64,000 bases of DNA from the human T2T-CHM13v2.0 reference genome, Homo sapiens. A model generated the notes under the pieces. It had not been told where the DNA came from. It worked only from the letters and a program-made list of their open reading frames with translations, and made no database searches. Within the stretch, counting starts at the first letter, position 1, and every line of letters starts with the position of its first letter. Location: assembly GCF_009914755.1 (NCBI RefSeq), contig NC_060948.1. The stretch is one strand, 5' to 3'. The position numbers and the translations under genes were made by a program. Shown piece by piece: positions 14,072-28,192 of the stretch.

Positions 14072-17000
14072 TGGACTCCAATGGAATGGATTGAAAAGGA
14101 ATGGAATCGTACGGAATGGAATCTAATGGAATGGAATTAAATGGAAATGAATCAAATTGAATAGCACGGAATTGAATTGAATGGAATCGAATGCAATGGA
14201 ATCTAATGAAACGGAAAGGAAAGGAATGGAATGGAATGGAATGGGCTGGAATGGAAAGGAATCGAAACGAATGGAATGGAATCGAACTGAAGAGACTGGA
14301 ATGGAATGCACTGGAATGGAAGGGAGTGTAATGGAAGGTTCTCGAAAAAAATGGAATCGAATGGAATGGAATTGAATGGAACGGAATAGAGTCGAATGGA
14401 ATTGAATGGAATGGAATGGACTAGAGTGAAATGGAATCGAACCACAAGGAATGGACAGGAATAGAATGGTCTCGAATTGAATGGAATCGTATGGAATGGC
14501 ATCAAACGGAATGGAATGGACAGCCACGGAATGGAATGCACTCGAATGCAATGGAGTCGAACCTAATGGACTGGAATAGAATGGACTCGACTGGTACGGA
14601 CTCCAATGGAATGGAATCGAATGGAAGGGAATCGAACGGAATGGACTCGAAGGGAAAAGACTGCAATGGAAAGGTCTCGAATGGAATGGAAATTAATGGA
14701 ATGGAATGGAATCGAATGAAATGGAGTCAAAAGGAATGGAATCGAATGGCAAGAAATCGAATGTAATGGAATCGCAAGGAATTGATGTGAACGGAACGGA
14801 ATGGAATGGAATCCAAAGAAATGGAATAGAATGGAATGGAATCGAATGGAAAGAAGTCGAATGGAAATCACTCGAATAGAATGCAATTTAATAAAATAGG
14901 ATGAAATGTAATGGAATGGAATGGAAAGGAATCGAAACGAAAGGAATGGAGACAGATGGAATGGAATGGAACAGAGAGCAATGGTATAGAATGGAATGGA
15001 ATCATCTGGAATGGAATTGAATGGAATGGAATAATATGAAATGGAATGGAATGGAATGGAATGCCCTTGAATTAAATGGACTGGAATGGAATGGACTCGA
15101 ACAGAGTGGAATGGAAAGTGTTGAGATAGAATGGAATGGACTCCTTTGGAATGGTCTAGTATGCAATGCAATGGACTGGCAGGGAATCAAAAGGAATGTA
15201 ATCGAATGGATTGGACTGGAATGCAATGGACTCGAATAGATTGGAAACGGAATGCAAAGGAATGGAATGGAATAGTATGGAATGGAATGGAAAGGAATGG
15301 AGTGGAATAGAGTAGAGTGGAATGGAATGGACTCGAAAGCAATGGACTGGAATGGAACTTTCTTGAATGGACTGGAATCAAACGGAATGGAATGAAATGC
15401 AATCAAATGGCATGGAATAAAATAGAATGAAAGAGAATCAAATGGAATTGAATCGAATGCAATCGAATGGATTGGAAAGGAATAGAATGGAATGGAATGG
15501 AATTGACTCAAATGGAATGGACTAGAATGGAATGGATTCGAATGGAAGGCAAAGGAATGGAATCTATTGGAATGGACACAATGGAATGGAAAGGAAGGGA
15601 TTGGAATGGACTCGAATGGAATGGACTGCAATAGAAAGGATTCGAATGGAATGAAAAAGAATTGAATGGAATAGAACAGAATGGAATCAAATCGAATGAA
15701 ATGGAATGGAATAGAAAGGAATGGAATGAAATGGAATGGAAAGGATTCGAATGGAATGCAATCGAAGGGAATGGAATCGAACGGAATGGAATAAAATGGA
15801 AGAAAACTGGCAAGAAATGGAATCGAAATGAATGGAGTGTTATGGAACGGACTCCAAAGGAATTGAATGTAATAGAATGGAGTGGAGTAGACTCGAATAT
15901 AATGGACTGGAATGGAATGAAATCACATGGAATGGGAACGAATGGAATGGAATGGAAAGGAATGGAATCGAATGGAAAGGAATCGAATGGAAGGGAATGA
16001 AATTGAATCAACAGGAATGGAAGGGAATAGAATAGACGGTAATGGAATGGACTCGAATAGAATGGACACGAATGCTCAAATTGAATGGACTCGAATGGAA
16101 TGGAAACGAAAGGAATGTCATCGAATGGAATTGAATCGATTGGAATGAAATCGCATAGAATGGAGTGGAATCAAATGGAATTGAATCGAAAGGAAAGGAA
16201 GCGAATGGACTGAAATGAAATGGAATGGAATTGAATGGAAAGTAAAGCAATGGAATAGAATGGAACGAAATTTCACGGAATGGAATCAAACTGAATGGAA
16301 TCAAATCAATGGAATATAATCAAATGGAATGGAAAGGAATTGAATGGAGTAGATGGGATTGGATGGGATTGGAATGAAATGTACTGGAAAGGACTCGAAT
16401 TTCATGAAACGGAATGGAATGAATTGGAACGGAATGGACTCGAATGGAATGGAATGTCATGGAATGGCATCAAATGGAATGGCATCAAATGGAATGGAAT
16501 CGAATGCAATGGAATGCTATGGAATGGAATGGAATGCATTGGAATGGAATGTCCTCTAATGGAATGGATTCGAGTGGAATGGAATCGAATATAATGGAGT
16601 CGAATGAAATGGAATTGAAAGGAATGGGATCGAATACAATGGAATATACTGGAATGTAATGTAATGAACTCGAATGTAATTGACTGGAATGGAATGTACA
16701 TGAATGGAATGTAATCGAATGGAAAGTAATCCAATGGAATAGAATCTAATGCAATAAAATCGACTCAGATAGAGTAGAATGTAATGGAATGGAGTGCAGT
16801 GCAATGGAATGGAATGGAATGGAATGCAATGGAATGGAATGGAATGGGATGGAATGGTATGGAATGGATAGTAATGGACTGGAGTGAAATGGACTGGAAA
16901 GGAATGGACTCAAATTGAAAGGGCTCGAAAGGAATGGAGTCAAATGGAATGGTCTGGAATGGAATGAACACGAATGTAATGCAATCCAATAGAATGGAAT

Positions 17001-17604
17001 CGAATGGCATGGAATATAAAGAAATGGAATCGAAGAGAATGGAAACAAACGGAATGGAATTGAATGGAATGGAATTGAATGGAATGGGAACGAATGGAGT
17101 GAAATTGTATGCAGTAGAAGAGAATAGAATGGAATGCAAGCGAAAGGAAAGGAATGGATTGGAATGGAATGGAATTCCTGGGAATGGAAGGGAATGTAGT
17201 GTAATGGACAGGCCTGGAATAAAGTGGAATGCTACGGTCTCGAATGGAATAAAAATGTATGGAATGGAATGCAATGAAACGGTATCGAATGTCATAGAAT
17301 GTAATGGAATGCAAAAAAATGGACTCCAAAATCATTGACTGGAAAGGCTGGGTGTCGAAAGGAATTGACTCCAATGGAATGGAATCGAATGGAATGGAAG
17401 TGAATAGAATCGAACTAAATCGAATGGAATGGAATTGATAGGAACGGAATGGAAAGGAATGAAATGATTTGGCATGGAATGGAATCGAATGGCATCGAAT
17501 GGAATGGAATGGAATGCAATGCAATGGAATGTATTAGAATGTAATGAACTTTAATGGAATGTACTCGAATGGATTCGACTGGAATGGAATGTTCTGGAAG
17601 TGAA
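14072..17604 (+). repeat. DYZ1 unit U5 (3533 bp; long class with a 1-bp deletion)
   Basis: 15-bp duplication present; GGACACAATGG at ~15578 versus GGACAGCAATGG. Confidence 0.9.
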
Positions 17605-20600
17605 TGGACTCCAATGGAATGGATTGAAAAGGAATGGAATCGTACGGAATGGAATCTAATGGAATGGAATTAAATGGAAATGAATGAAATTGAATAGCAC
17701 GGAATTGAATTGAATGGAATCGAATGCAATGGAATCTAATGAAACGGAAAGGAAAGGAATGGAATGGAATGGAATGGGCTGGAATGGAAAGGAATCGAAA
17801 CGAATGGAATGGAATCGAACTGAAGAGACTGGAATGGAATGCACTGGAATGGAAGGGAGTGTAATGGAAGGTTCTCGAAAAAAATGGAATCGAATGGAAT
17901 GGAATTGAATGGAACGGAATAGAGTCGAATGGAATTGAATGGAATGGAATGGACTAGAGTGAAATGGAATCGAACCACAAGGAATGGACAGGAATAGAAT
18001 GGTCTCGAATTGAATGGAATCGTATGGAATGGCATCAAACGGAATGGAATGGACAGCCACGGAATGGAATGCACTCGAATGCAATGGAGTCGAACCTAAT
18101 GGACTGGAATAGAATGGACTCGACTGGTACGGACTCCAATGGAATGGAATCGAATGGAAGGGAATCGAACGGAATGGACTCGAAGGGAAAAGACTGCAAT
18201 GGAAAGGTCTCGAATGGAATGGAAATTAATGGAATGGAATGGAATCGAATGAAATGGAGTCAAAAGGAATGGAATCGAATGGCAAGAAATCGAATGTAAT
18301 GGAATCGCAAGGAATTGATGTGAACGGAACGGAATGGAATGGAATCCAAAGAAATGGAATAGAATGGAATGGAATCGAATGGAAAGAACTCGAATGGAAA
18401 TCACTCGAATAGAATGCAATTTAATAAAATAGGATGAAATGTAATGGAATGGAATGGAAAGGAATCGAAACGAAAGGAATGGAGACAGATGGAATAGAAT
18501 GGAACAGAGAGCAATGGTATAGAATGGAATGGAATCATCTGGAATGGAATTGAATGGAATGGAATAATATGAAATGGAATGGAATGGAATGGAATGCCCT
18601 TGAATTAAATGGACTGGAATGGAATGGACTCGAACAGAGTGGAATGGAAAGTGTTGAGATATAATGGAATGGACTCCTTTGGAATGGTCTAGTATGTAAT
18701 GCAATAGACTGGCAGGGAATCAAAAGGAATGTAATCGAATGGATTGGACTGGAATGCAATGGACTCGAATAGATTGGAAACGGAATGCAAAGGAATGGAA
18801 TGGAATAGCATGGAATGGAATGGAAAGGAATGGAGTGGAATAGACTAGAGTGGAATGGAATGGACTCGAAAGCAATGGACTGGAATGGAACTTTCTTGAA
18901 TGGACTGGAATCAAACGGAATGGAATGCAATGCAATCAAATGGCATGGAATAAAATAGAATGAAAGAGAATCAAATGGAATTGAATCGAATGGAATCGAA
19001 TGGATTGGAAAGGAATAGAATGGAATGGAATGGAATTGACTCAAATGGAATGGACTAGAATGGAATGGATTCGAATGGAAGGCAAAGGAATGGAATCTAT
19101 TGGAATGGACAGCAATGGAATGGAAAGGAAGGGATTGGAATGGACTCGAATGGAATGGACTGCAATAGAAAGGATTCGAATGGAATGAAAAAGAATTGAA
19201 TGGAATAGAACAGAATGGAATCAAATCGAATGAAATGGAATGGAATAGAAAGGAATGGAATGAAATGGAATGGAAAGGATTCGAATGGAATGCAATCGAA
19301 TGGAATGGAATCGAACGGAATGGAATAAAATGGAAGAAAACTGGCAAGAAATGGAATCGAAATGAATGGAGTGTTATGGAACGGACTCCAAAGGAATTGA
19401 ATGTAATAGAATGGAGTGGAGTGGACTCGAATATAATGGACTGGAATGGAATGAAATCACATGGAATGGGAACGAATGGAATGGAATGGAAAGGAATGGA
19501 ATCGAATGGAAAGGAATCGAATGGAAGGGAATGAAATTGAATCAACAGGAATGGAAGGGAATAGAATAGACGGTAATGGAATGGACTCGAATAGAATGGA
19601 CACGAATGCTCAAATTGAATGGACTCGAATGGAATGGAAACGAAAGGAATGTCATCGAATGGAATTGAATCGATTGGAATGAAATCGCATAGAATGGAGT
19701 GGAATCAAATGGAATTGAATCGAAAGGAAAGGAAGCGAATGGACTGAAATGAAATGGAATGGAATTGAATGGAAAGTAAAGCAATGGAATAGAATGGAAC
19801 GAAATTTCACGGAATGGAATCAAACTGAATGGAATCAAATCAATGGAATATAATCAAATGGAATGGAAAGGAATTGAATGGAGTAGATGGGATTGGATGG
19901 GATTGGAATGAAATGTACTGGAAAGGACTCGAATTTCATGAAACGGAATGGAATGAATTGGAATGGAATGGACTCGAATGGAATGGAATGTCATGGAATG
20001 GCATCAAATGGAATGGCATCAAATGGAATGGAATCGAATGCAATGGAATGCTATGGAATGGAATGGAATGCATTGGAATGGAATGTCCTCTAATGGAATG
20101 GATTCGAGTGGAATGGAATCGAATATAATGGAGTCGAATGAAATGGAATTGAAAGGAATGGGATCGAATACAATGGAATATACTGGAATGTAATGTAATG
20201 AACTCGAATGTAATTGACTGGAATGGAATGTACATGAATGGAATGTAATCGAATGGAAAGTAATCCAATGGAATAGAATCTAATGCAATAAAATCGACTC
20301 AGATAGAGTAGAATGTAATGGAATGGAGTGCAGTGCAATGGAATGGAATGGAATGGAATGCAATGGAATGGAATGGAATGGGATGGAATGGTATGGAATG
20401 GATAGTAATGGACTGGAGTGAAATGGACTGGAAAGGAATGGACTCAAATTGAAAGGGCTCGAAAGGAATGGAGTCAAATGGAATGGTCTGGAATGGAATG
20501 AACACGAATGTAATGCAATCCAATAGAATGGAATCGACTGGCATGGAATATAAAGAAATGGAATCGAAGAGAATGGAAACAAACGGAATGGAATTGAATG

Positions 20601-21138
20601 GAATGGAATTGAATGGAATGGGAACGAATGGAGTGAAATTGTATGCAGTAGAAGAGAATAGAATGGAATGCAAGCGAAAGGAAAGGAATGGATTGGAATG
20701 GAATGGAATTCATTGGAATGGAAGGGAATGTAGTGTAATGGACAGGCCTGGAATAAAGTGGAATGCTACGGTCTCGAATGGAATAAAAATGTATGGAATG
20801 GAATGCAATGAAACGGTATCGAATGTCATAGAATGTAATGGAATGCAAAAAAATGGACTCCAAAATCATTGACTGGAAAGGCTGGGTGTCGAAAGGAATT
20901 GACTCCAATGGAATGGAATCGAATGGAATGGAAGTGAATAGAATCGAACTGAATCGAATGGAATGGAATTGATAGGAACGGAATGGAAAGGAATGAAATG
21001 ATTTGGCATGGAATGGAATCGAATGGCATCGAATGGAATGGAATGGAATGCAATGCAATGGAATGTATTAGAATGTAATGAACTTTAATGGAATGTACTC
21101 GAATGGATTCGACTGGAATGGAATGTTCTGGAAGTGAA
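17605..21138 (+). repeat. DYZ1 unit U6 (3534 bp)
   Basis: Landmark spacing; 15-bp duplication present. Confidence 0.9.
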
Positions 21139-24100
21139 TGGACTCCAATGGAATGGATTGAAAAGGAATGGAATCGTACGGAATGGAATCTAATGGAATG
21201 GAATTAAATGGAAATGAATCAAATTGAATAGCACGGAATTGAATTGAATGGAATCGAATGCAATGGAATCTAATGAAACGGAAAGGAAAGGAATGGAATG
21301 GAATGGAATGGGCTGGAATGGAAAGGAATCGAAACGAATGGAATGGAATCGAACTGAAGAGACTGGAATGGAATGCACTGGAATGGAAGGGAGTGTAATG
21401 GAAGGTTCTCGAAAAAAATGGAATCGAATGGAATGGAATTGAATGGAACGGAATAGAGTCGAATGGAATTGAATGGAATGGAATGGACTAGAGTGAAATG
21501 GAATCGAACCACAAGGAATGGACAGGAATAGAATGGTCTCGAATTGAATGGAATCGTATGGAATGGCATCAAACGGAATGGAATGGACAGCCACGGAATG
21601 GAATGCACTCGAATGCAATGGAGTCGAAACTAATGGACTGGAATAGAATGGACTCGACTGGTACGGACTCCAATGGAATGGAATCGAATGGAAGGGAATC
21701 GAACGGAATGGACTCGAAGGGAAAAGACTGCAATGGAAAGGTCTCGAATGGAATGGAAATTAATGGAATGGAATGGAATCGAATGAAATGGAGTCAAAAG
21801 GAATGGAATCGAATGGCAAGAAATCGAATGTAATGGAATCGCAAGGAATTGATGTGAACGGAACGGAATGGAATGGAATCCAAAGAAATGGAATAGAATG
21901 GAATGGAATCGAATGGAAAGAACTCGAATGGAAATCACTCGAATAGAATGCAATTTAATAAAATAGGATGAAATGTAATGGAATGGAATGGAAAGGAATC
22001 GAAACGAAAGGAATGGAGACAGATGGAATGGAATGGAACAGAGAGCAATGGTATAGAATGGAATGGAATCATCTGGAATGGAATTGAATGGAATGGAATA
22101 ATATGAAATGGAATGGAATGGAATGGAATGCCCTTGAATTAAATGGACTGGAATGGAATGGACTCGAACAGAGTGGAATGGAAAGTGTTGAGATAGAATG
22201 GAATGGACTCCTTTGGAATGGTCTAGTATGCAATGCAATGGACTGGCAGGGAATCAAAAGGAATGTAATCGAATGGATTGGACTGGAATGCAATGGACTC
22301 GAATAGATTGGAAACGGAATGCAAAGGAATGGAATGGAATAGTATGGAATGGAATGGAAAGGAATGGAGTGGAATAGAGTAGAGTGGAATGGAATGGACT
22401 CGAAAGCAATGGACTGGAATGGAACTTTCTTGAATGGACTGGAATCAAACGGAATGGAATGCAATGCAATCAAATGGCATGGAATAAAATAGAATGAAAG
22501 AGAATCAAATGGAATTGAATCGAATGCAATCGAATGGATTGGAAAGGAATAGAATGGAATGGAATGGAATTGACTCAAATGGAATGGACTAGAATGGAAT
22601 GGATTCGAATGGAAGGCAAAGGAATGGAATCTATTGGAATGGACAGCAATGGAATGGAAAGGAAGGGATTGGAATGGACTCGAATGGAATGGACTGCAAT
22701 AGAAAGGATTCGAATGGAATGAAAAAGAATTGAATGGAATAGAACAGAATGGAATCAAATCGAATGAAATGGAATGGAATAGAAAGGAATGGAATGAAAT
22801 GGAATGGAAAGGATTCGAATGGAATGCAATCGAAGGGAATGGAATCGAACGGAATGGAATAAAATGGAAGAAAACTGGCAAGAAATGGAATCGAAATGAA
22901 TGGAGTGTTATGGAACGGACTCCAAAGGAATTGAATGTAATAGAATGGAGTGGAGTAGACTCGAATATAATGGACTGGAATGGAATGAAATCACATGGAA
23001 TGGGAACGAATGGAATGGAATGGAAAGGAATGGAATCGAATGGAAAGGAATCGAATGGAAGGGAATGAAATTGAATCAACAGGAATGGAAGGGAATAGAA
23101 TAGACGGTAATGGAATGGACTCGAATAGAATGGACACGAATGCTCAAATTGAATGGACTCGAATGGAATGGAAACGAAAGGAATGTCATCGAATGGAATT
23201 GAATCGATTGGAATGAAATCGCATAGAATGGAGTGGAATCAAATGGAATTGAATCGAAAGGAAAGGAAGCGAATGGACTGAAATGAAATGGAATGGAATT
23301 GAATGGAAAGTAAAGCAATGGAATAGAATGGAACGAAATTTCACGGAATGGAATCAAACTGAATGGAATCAAATCAATGGAATATAATCAAATGGAATGG
23401 AAAGGAATTGAATGGAGTAGATGGGATTGGATGGGATTGGAATGAAATGTACTGGAAAGGACTCGAATTTCATGAAACGGAATGGAATGAATTGGAACGG
23501 AATGGACTCGAATGGAATGGAATGTCATGGAATGGCATCAAATGGAATGGCATCAAATGGAATGGAATCGAATGCAATGGAATGCTATGGAATGGAATGG
23601 AATGCATTGGAATGGAATGTCCTCTAATGGAATGGATTCGAGTGGAATGGAATCGAATATAATGGAGTCGAATGAAATGGAATTGAAAGGAATGGGATCG
23701 AATACAATGGAATATACTGGAATGTAATGTAATGAACTCGAATGTAATTGACTGGAATGGAATGTACATGAATGGAATGTAATCGAATGGAAAGTAATCC
23801 AATGGAATAGAATCTAATGCAATAAAATCGACTCAGATAGAGTAGAATGTAATGGAATGGAGTGCAGTGCAATGGAATGGAATGGAATGGAATGCAATGG
23901 AATGGAATGGAATGGGATGGAATGGTATGGAATGGATAGTAATGGACTGGAGTGAAATGGACTGGAAAGGAATGGACTCAAATTGAAAGGGCTCGAAAGG
24001 AATGGAGTCAAATGGAATGGTCTGGAATGGAATGAACACGAATGTAATGCAATCCAATAGAATGGAATCGACTGGCATGGAATATAAAGAAATGGAATCG

Positions 24101-24672
24101 AAGAGAATGGAAACAAACGGAATGGAATTGAATGGAATGGAATTGAATGGAATGGGAACGAATGGAGTGAAATTGTATGCAGTAGAAGAGAATAGAATGG
24201 AATGCAAGCGAAAGGAAAGGAATGGATTGGAATGGAATGGAATTCATTGGAATGGAAGGGAATGTAGTGTAATGGACAGGCCTGGAATAAAGTGGAATGC
24301 TACGGTCTCGAATGGAATAAAAATGTATGGAATGGAATGCAATGAAACGGTATCGAATGTCATAGAATGTAATGGAATGCAAAAAAATGGACTCCCAAAT
24401 CATTGACTGGAAAGGCTGGGTGTCGAAAGGAATTGACTCCAATGGAATGGAATCGAATGGAATGGAAGTGAATAGAATCGAACTAAATCGAATGGAATGG
24501 AATTGATAGGAACGGAATGGAAAGGAATGAAATGATTTGGCATGGAATGGAATCGAATGGCATCGAATGGAATGGAATGGAATGTAATGCAATGGAATGT
24601 ATTAGAATGTAATGAACTTTAATGGAATGTACTCGAATGGATTCGACTGGAATGGAATGTTCTGGAAGTGAA
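21139..24672 (+). repeat. DYZ1 unit U7 (3534 bp)
   Basis: Landmark spacing; 15-bp duplication present. Confidence 0.9.
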
Positions 24673-27600
24673 TGGACTCCAATGGAATGGATTGAAAAGG
24701 AATGGAATCGTACGGAATGGAATCTAATGGAATGGAATTAAATGGAAATGAATGAAATTGAATAGCACGGAATTGAATTGAATGGAATCGAATGCAATGG
24801 AATCTAATGAAACGGAAAGGAAAGGAATGGAATGGAATGGAATGGGCTGGAATGGAAAGGAATCGAAACGAATGGAATGGAATCGAACTGAAGAGACTGG
24901 AATGGAATGCAATGGAATGGAAGGGAGTGTAATGGAAGGTTCTCGAAAAAAATGGAATCGAATGGAATGGAATTGAATGGAACGGAATAGAGTCGAATGG
25001 AATTGAATGGAATGGAATGGACTAGAGTGAAATGGAATCGAACCACAAGGAATGGACAGGAATAGAATGGTCTCGAATTGAATGGAATCGTATGGAATGG
25101 CATCAAACGGAATGGAATGGACAGCCACGGAATGGAATGCACTCGAATGCAATGGAGTCGAACCTAATGGACTGGAATAGAATGGACTCGACTGGTACGG
25201 ACTCCAATGGAATGGAATCGAATGGAAGGGAATCGAACGGAATGGACTCGAAGGGAAAAGACTGCAATGGAAAGGTCTCGAATGGAATGGAAATTAATGG
25301 AATGGAATGGAATCGAATGAAATGGAGTCAAAAGGAATGGAATCGAATGGCAAGAAATCGAATGTAATGGAATCGCAAGGAATTGATGTGAACGGAACGG
25401 AATGGAATGGAATCCAAAGAAATGGAATAGAATGGAATGGAATCGAATGGAAAGAACTCGAATGGAAATCACTCGAATAGAATGCAATTTAATAAAATAG
25501 GATGAAATGTAATGGAATGGAATGGAAAGGAATCGAAACGAAAGGAATGGAGACAGATGGAATGGAATGGAACAGAGAGCAATGGTATAGAATGGAATGG
25601 AATCATCTGGAATGGAATTGAATGGAATGGAATAATATGAAATGGAATGGAATGGAATGGAATGCCCTTGAATTAAATGGACTGGAATGGAATGGACTCG
25701 AACAGAGTGGAATGGAAAGTGTTGAGATAGAATGGAATGGACTCCTTTGGAATGGTCTAGTATGTAATGCAATAGACTGGCAGGGAATCAAAAGGAATGT
25801 AATCGAATGGATTGGACTGGAATGCAATGGACTCGAATAGATTGGAAACGGAATGCAAAGGAATGGAATGGAATAGCATGGAATGGAATGGAAAGGAATG
25901 GAGTGGAATAGACTAGAGTGGAATGGAATGGACTCGAAAGCAATGGACTGGAATGGAACTTTCTTGAATGGACACGGAATCAAACGGAATGGAATGCAAT
26001 GCAATCAAATGGCATGGAATAAAATAGAATGAAAGAGAATCAAATGGAATTGAATCGAATGGAATCGAATGGATTGGAAAGGAATAGAATGGAATGGAAT
26101 GGAATTGACTCAAATGGAATGGACTAGAATGGAATGGATTCGAATGGAAGGCAAAGGAATGGAATCTATTGGAATGGACAGCAATGGAATGGAAAGGAAG
26201 GGATTGGAATGGACTCGAATGGAATGGACTGCAATAGAAAGGATTCGAATGGAATGAAAAAGAATTGAATGGAATAGAACAGAATGGAATCAAATCGAAT
26301 GAAATGGAATGGAATAGAAAGGAATGGAATGAAATGGAGTGGAAAGGATTCGAATGGAATGCAATCGAATGGAATGGAATCGAACGGAATGGAATAAAAT
26401 GGAAGAAAACTGGCAAGAAATGGAATCGAAATGAATGGAGTGTTATGGAATGGACTCCAAAGGAATTGAATGTAATAGAATGGAGTGGAGTGGACTCGAA
26501 TATAATGGACTGGAATGGAATGAAATCACATGGAATGGGAACGAATGGAATGGAATGGAAAGGAATGGAATCGAATGGAAAGGAATCGAATGGAAGGGAA
26601 TGAAATTGAATCAACAGGAATGGAAGGGAATAGAATAGACGGTAATGGAATGGACTCGAATAGAATGGACACGAATGCTCAAATTGAATGGACTCGAATG
26701 GAATGGAAACGAAAGGAATGTCATCGAATGGAATTGAATCGATTGGAATGAAATGGCATAGAATGGAGTGGAATCAAATGGAATTGAATCGAAAGGAAAG
26801 GAAGCGAATGGACTGAAATGAAATGGAATGGAATTGAATGGAAAGTAAAGCAATGGAATAGAATGGAACGAAATTTCACGGAATGGAATCAAACTGAATG
26901 GAATCAAATCAATGGAATATAATCAAATGGAATGGAAAGGAATTGAATGGAGTAGATGGGATTGGATGGGATTGGAATGAAATGTACTGGAAAGGACTCG
27001 AATTTCATGAAACGGAATGGAATGAATTGGAACGGAATGGACTCGAATGGAATGGAATGTCATGGAATGGCATCAAATGGAATGGAATCGAATGCAATGG
27101 AATGCTATGGAATGGAATGGAATGCATTGGAATGGAATGTCCTCTAATGGAATGGATTCGAGTGGAATGGAATCGAATATAATGGAGTCGAATGAAATGG
27201 AATTGAAAGGAATGGGATCGAATACAATGGAATATACTGGAATGTAATGTAATGAAATCGAATGTAATTGACTGGAATGGAATGTACATGAATGGAATGT
27301 AATCGAATGGAAAGTAATCCAATGGAATAGAATCTAATGCAATAAAATCGACTCAGATAGAGTAGAATGTAATGGAATGGAGTGCAGTGCAATGGAATGG
27401 AATGGAATGGAATGCAATGGAATGGAATGGAATGGGATGGAATGGTATGGAATGGATAGTAATGGACTGGAGTGAAATGGACTGGAAAGGAATGGACTCA
27501 AATTGAAAGGGCTCGAAAGGAATGGAGTCAAATGGAATGGTCTGGAATGGAATGAACACGAATGTAATGCAATCCAATAGAATGGAATCGAATGGCATGG

Positions 27601-28192
27601 AATATAAAGAAATGGAATCGAAGAGAATGGAAACAAACGGAATGGAATTGAATGGAATGGAATTGAATGGAATGGGAACGAATGGAGTGAAATTGTATGC
27701 AGTAGAAGAGAATAGAATGGAATGCAAGCGAAAGGAAAGGAATGGATTGGAATGGAATGGAATTCATTGGAATGGAAGGGAATGTAGTGTAATGGACAGG
27801 CCTGGAATAAAGTGGAATGCTACGGTCTCGAATGGAATAAAAATGTATGGAATGGAATGCAATGAAACGGAATCGAATGTCATAGAATGTAATGGAATGC
27901 AAAAAAATGGACTCCAAAATCATTGACTGGAAAGGCTGGGTGTCGAAAGGAATTGACTCCAATGGAATGGAATCGAATGGAATGGAAGTGAATAGAATCG
28001 AACTAAATCGAATGGAATGGAATTGATAGGAACGGAATGGAAAGGAATGAAATGATTTGGCATGGAATGGAATCGAATGGCATCGAATGGAATGGAATGG
28101 AATGCAATGCAATGGAATGTATTAGAATGTAATGAACTTTAATGGAATGTACTCGAATGGATTCGACTGGAATGGAATGTTCTGGAAGTGAA
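24673..28192 (+). repeat. DYZ1 unit U8 (3520 bp; short class +1 bp)
   Basis: GGACACGGAATC at ~25974 versus GGACTGGAATC. Confidence 0.9.
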
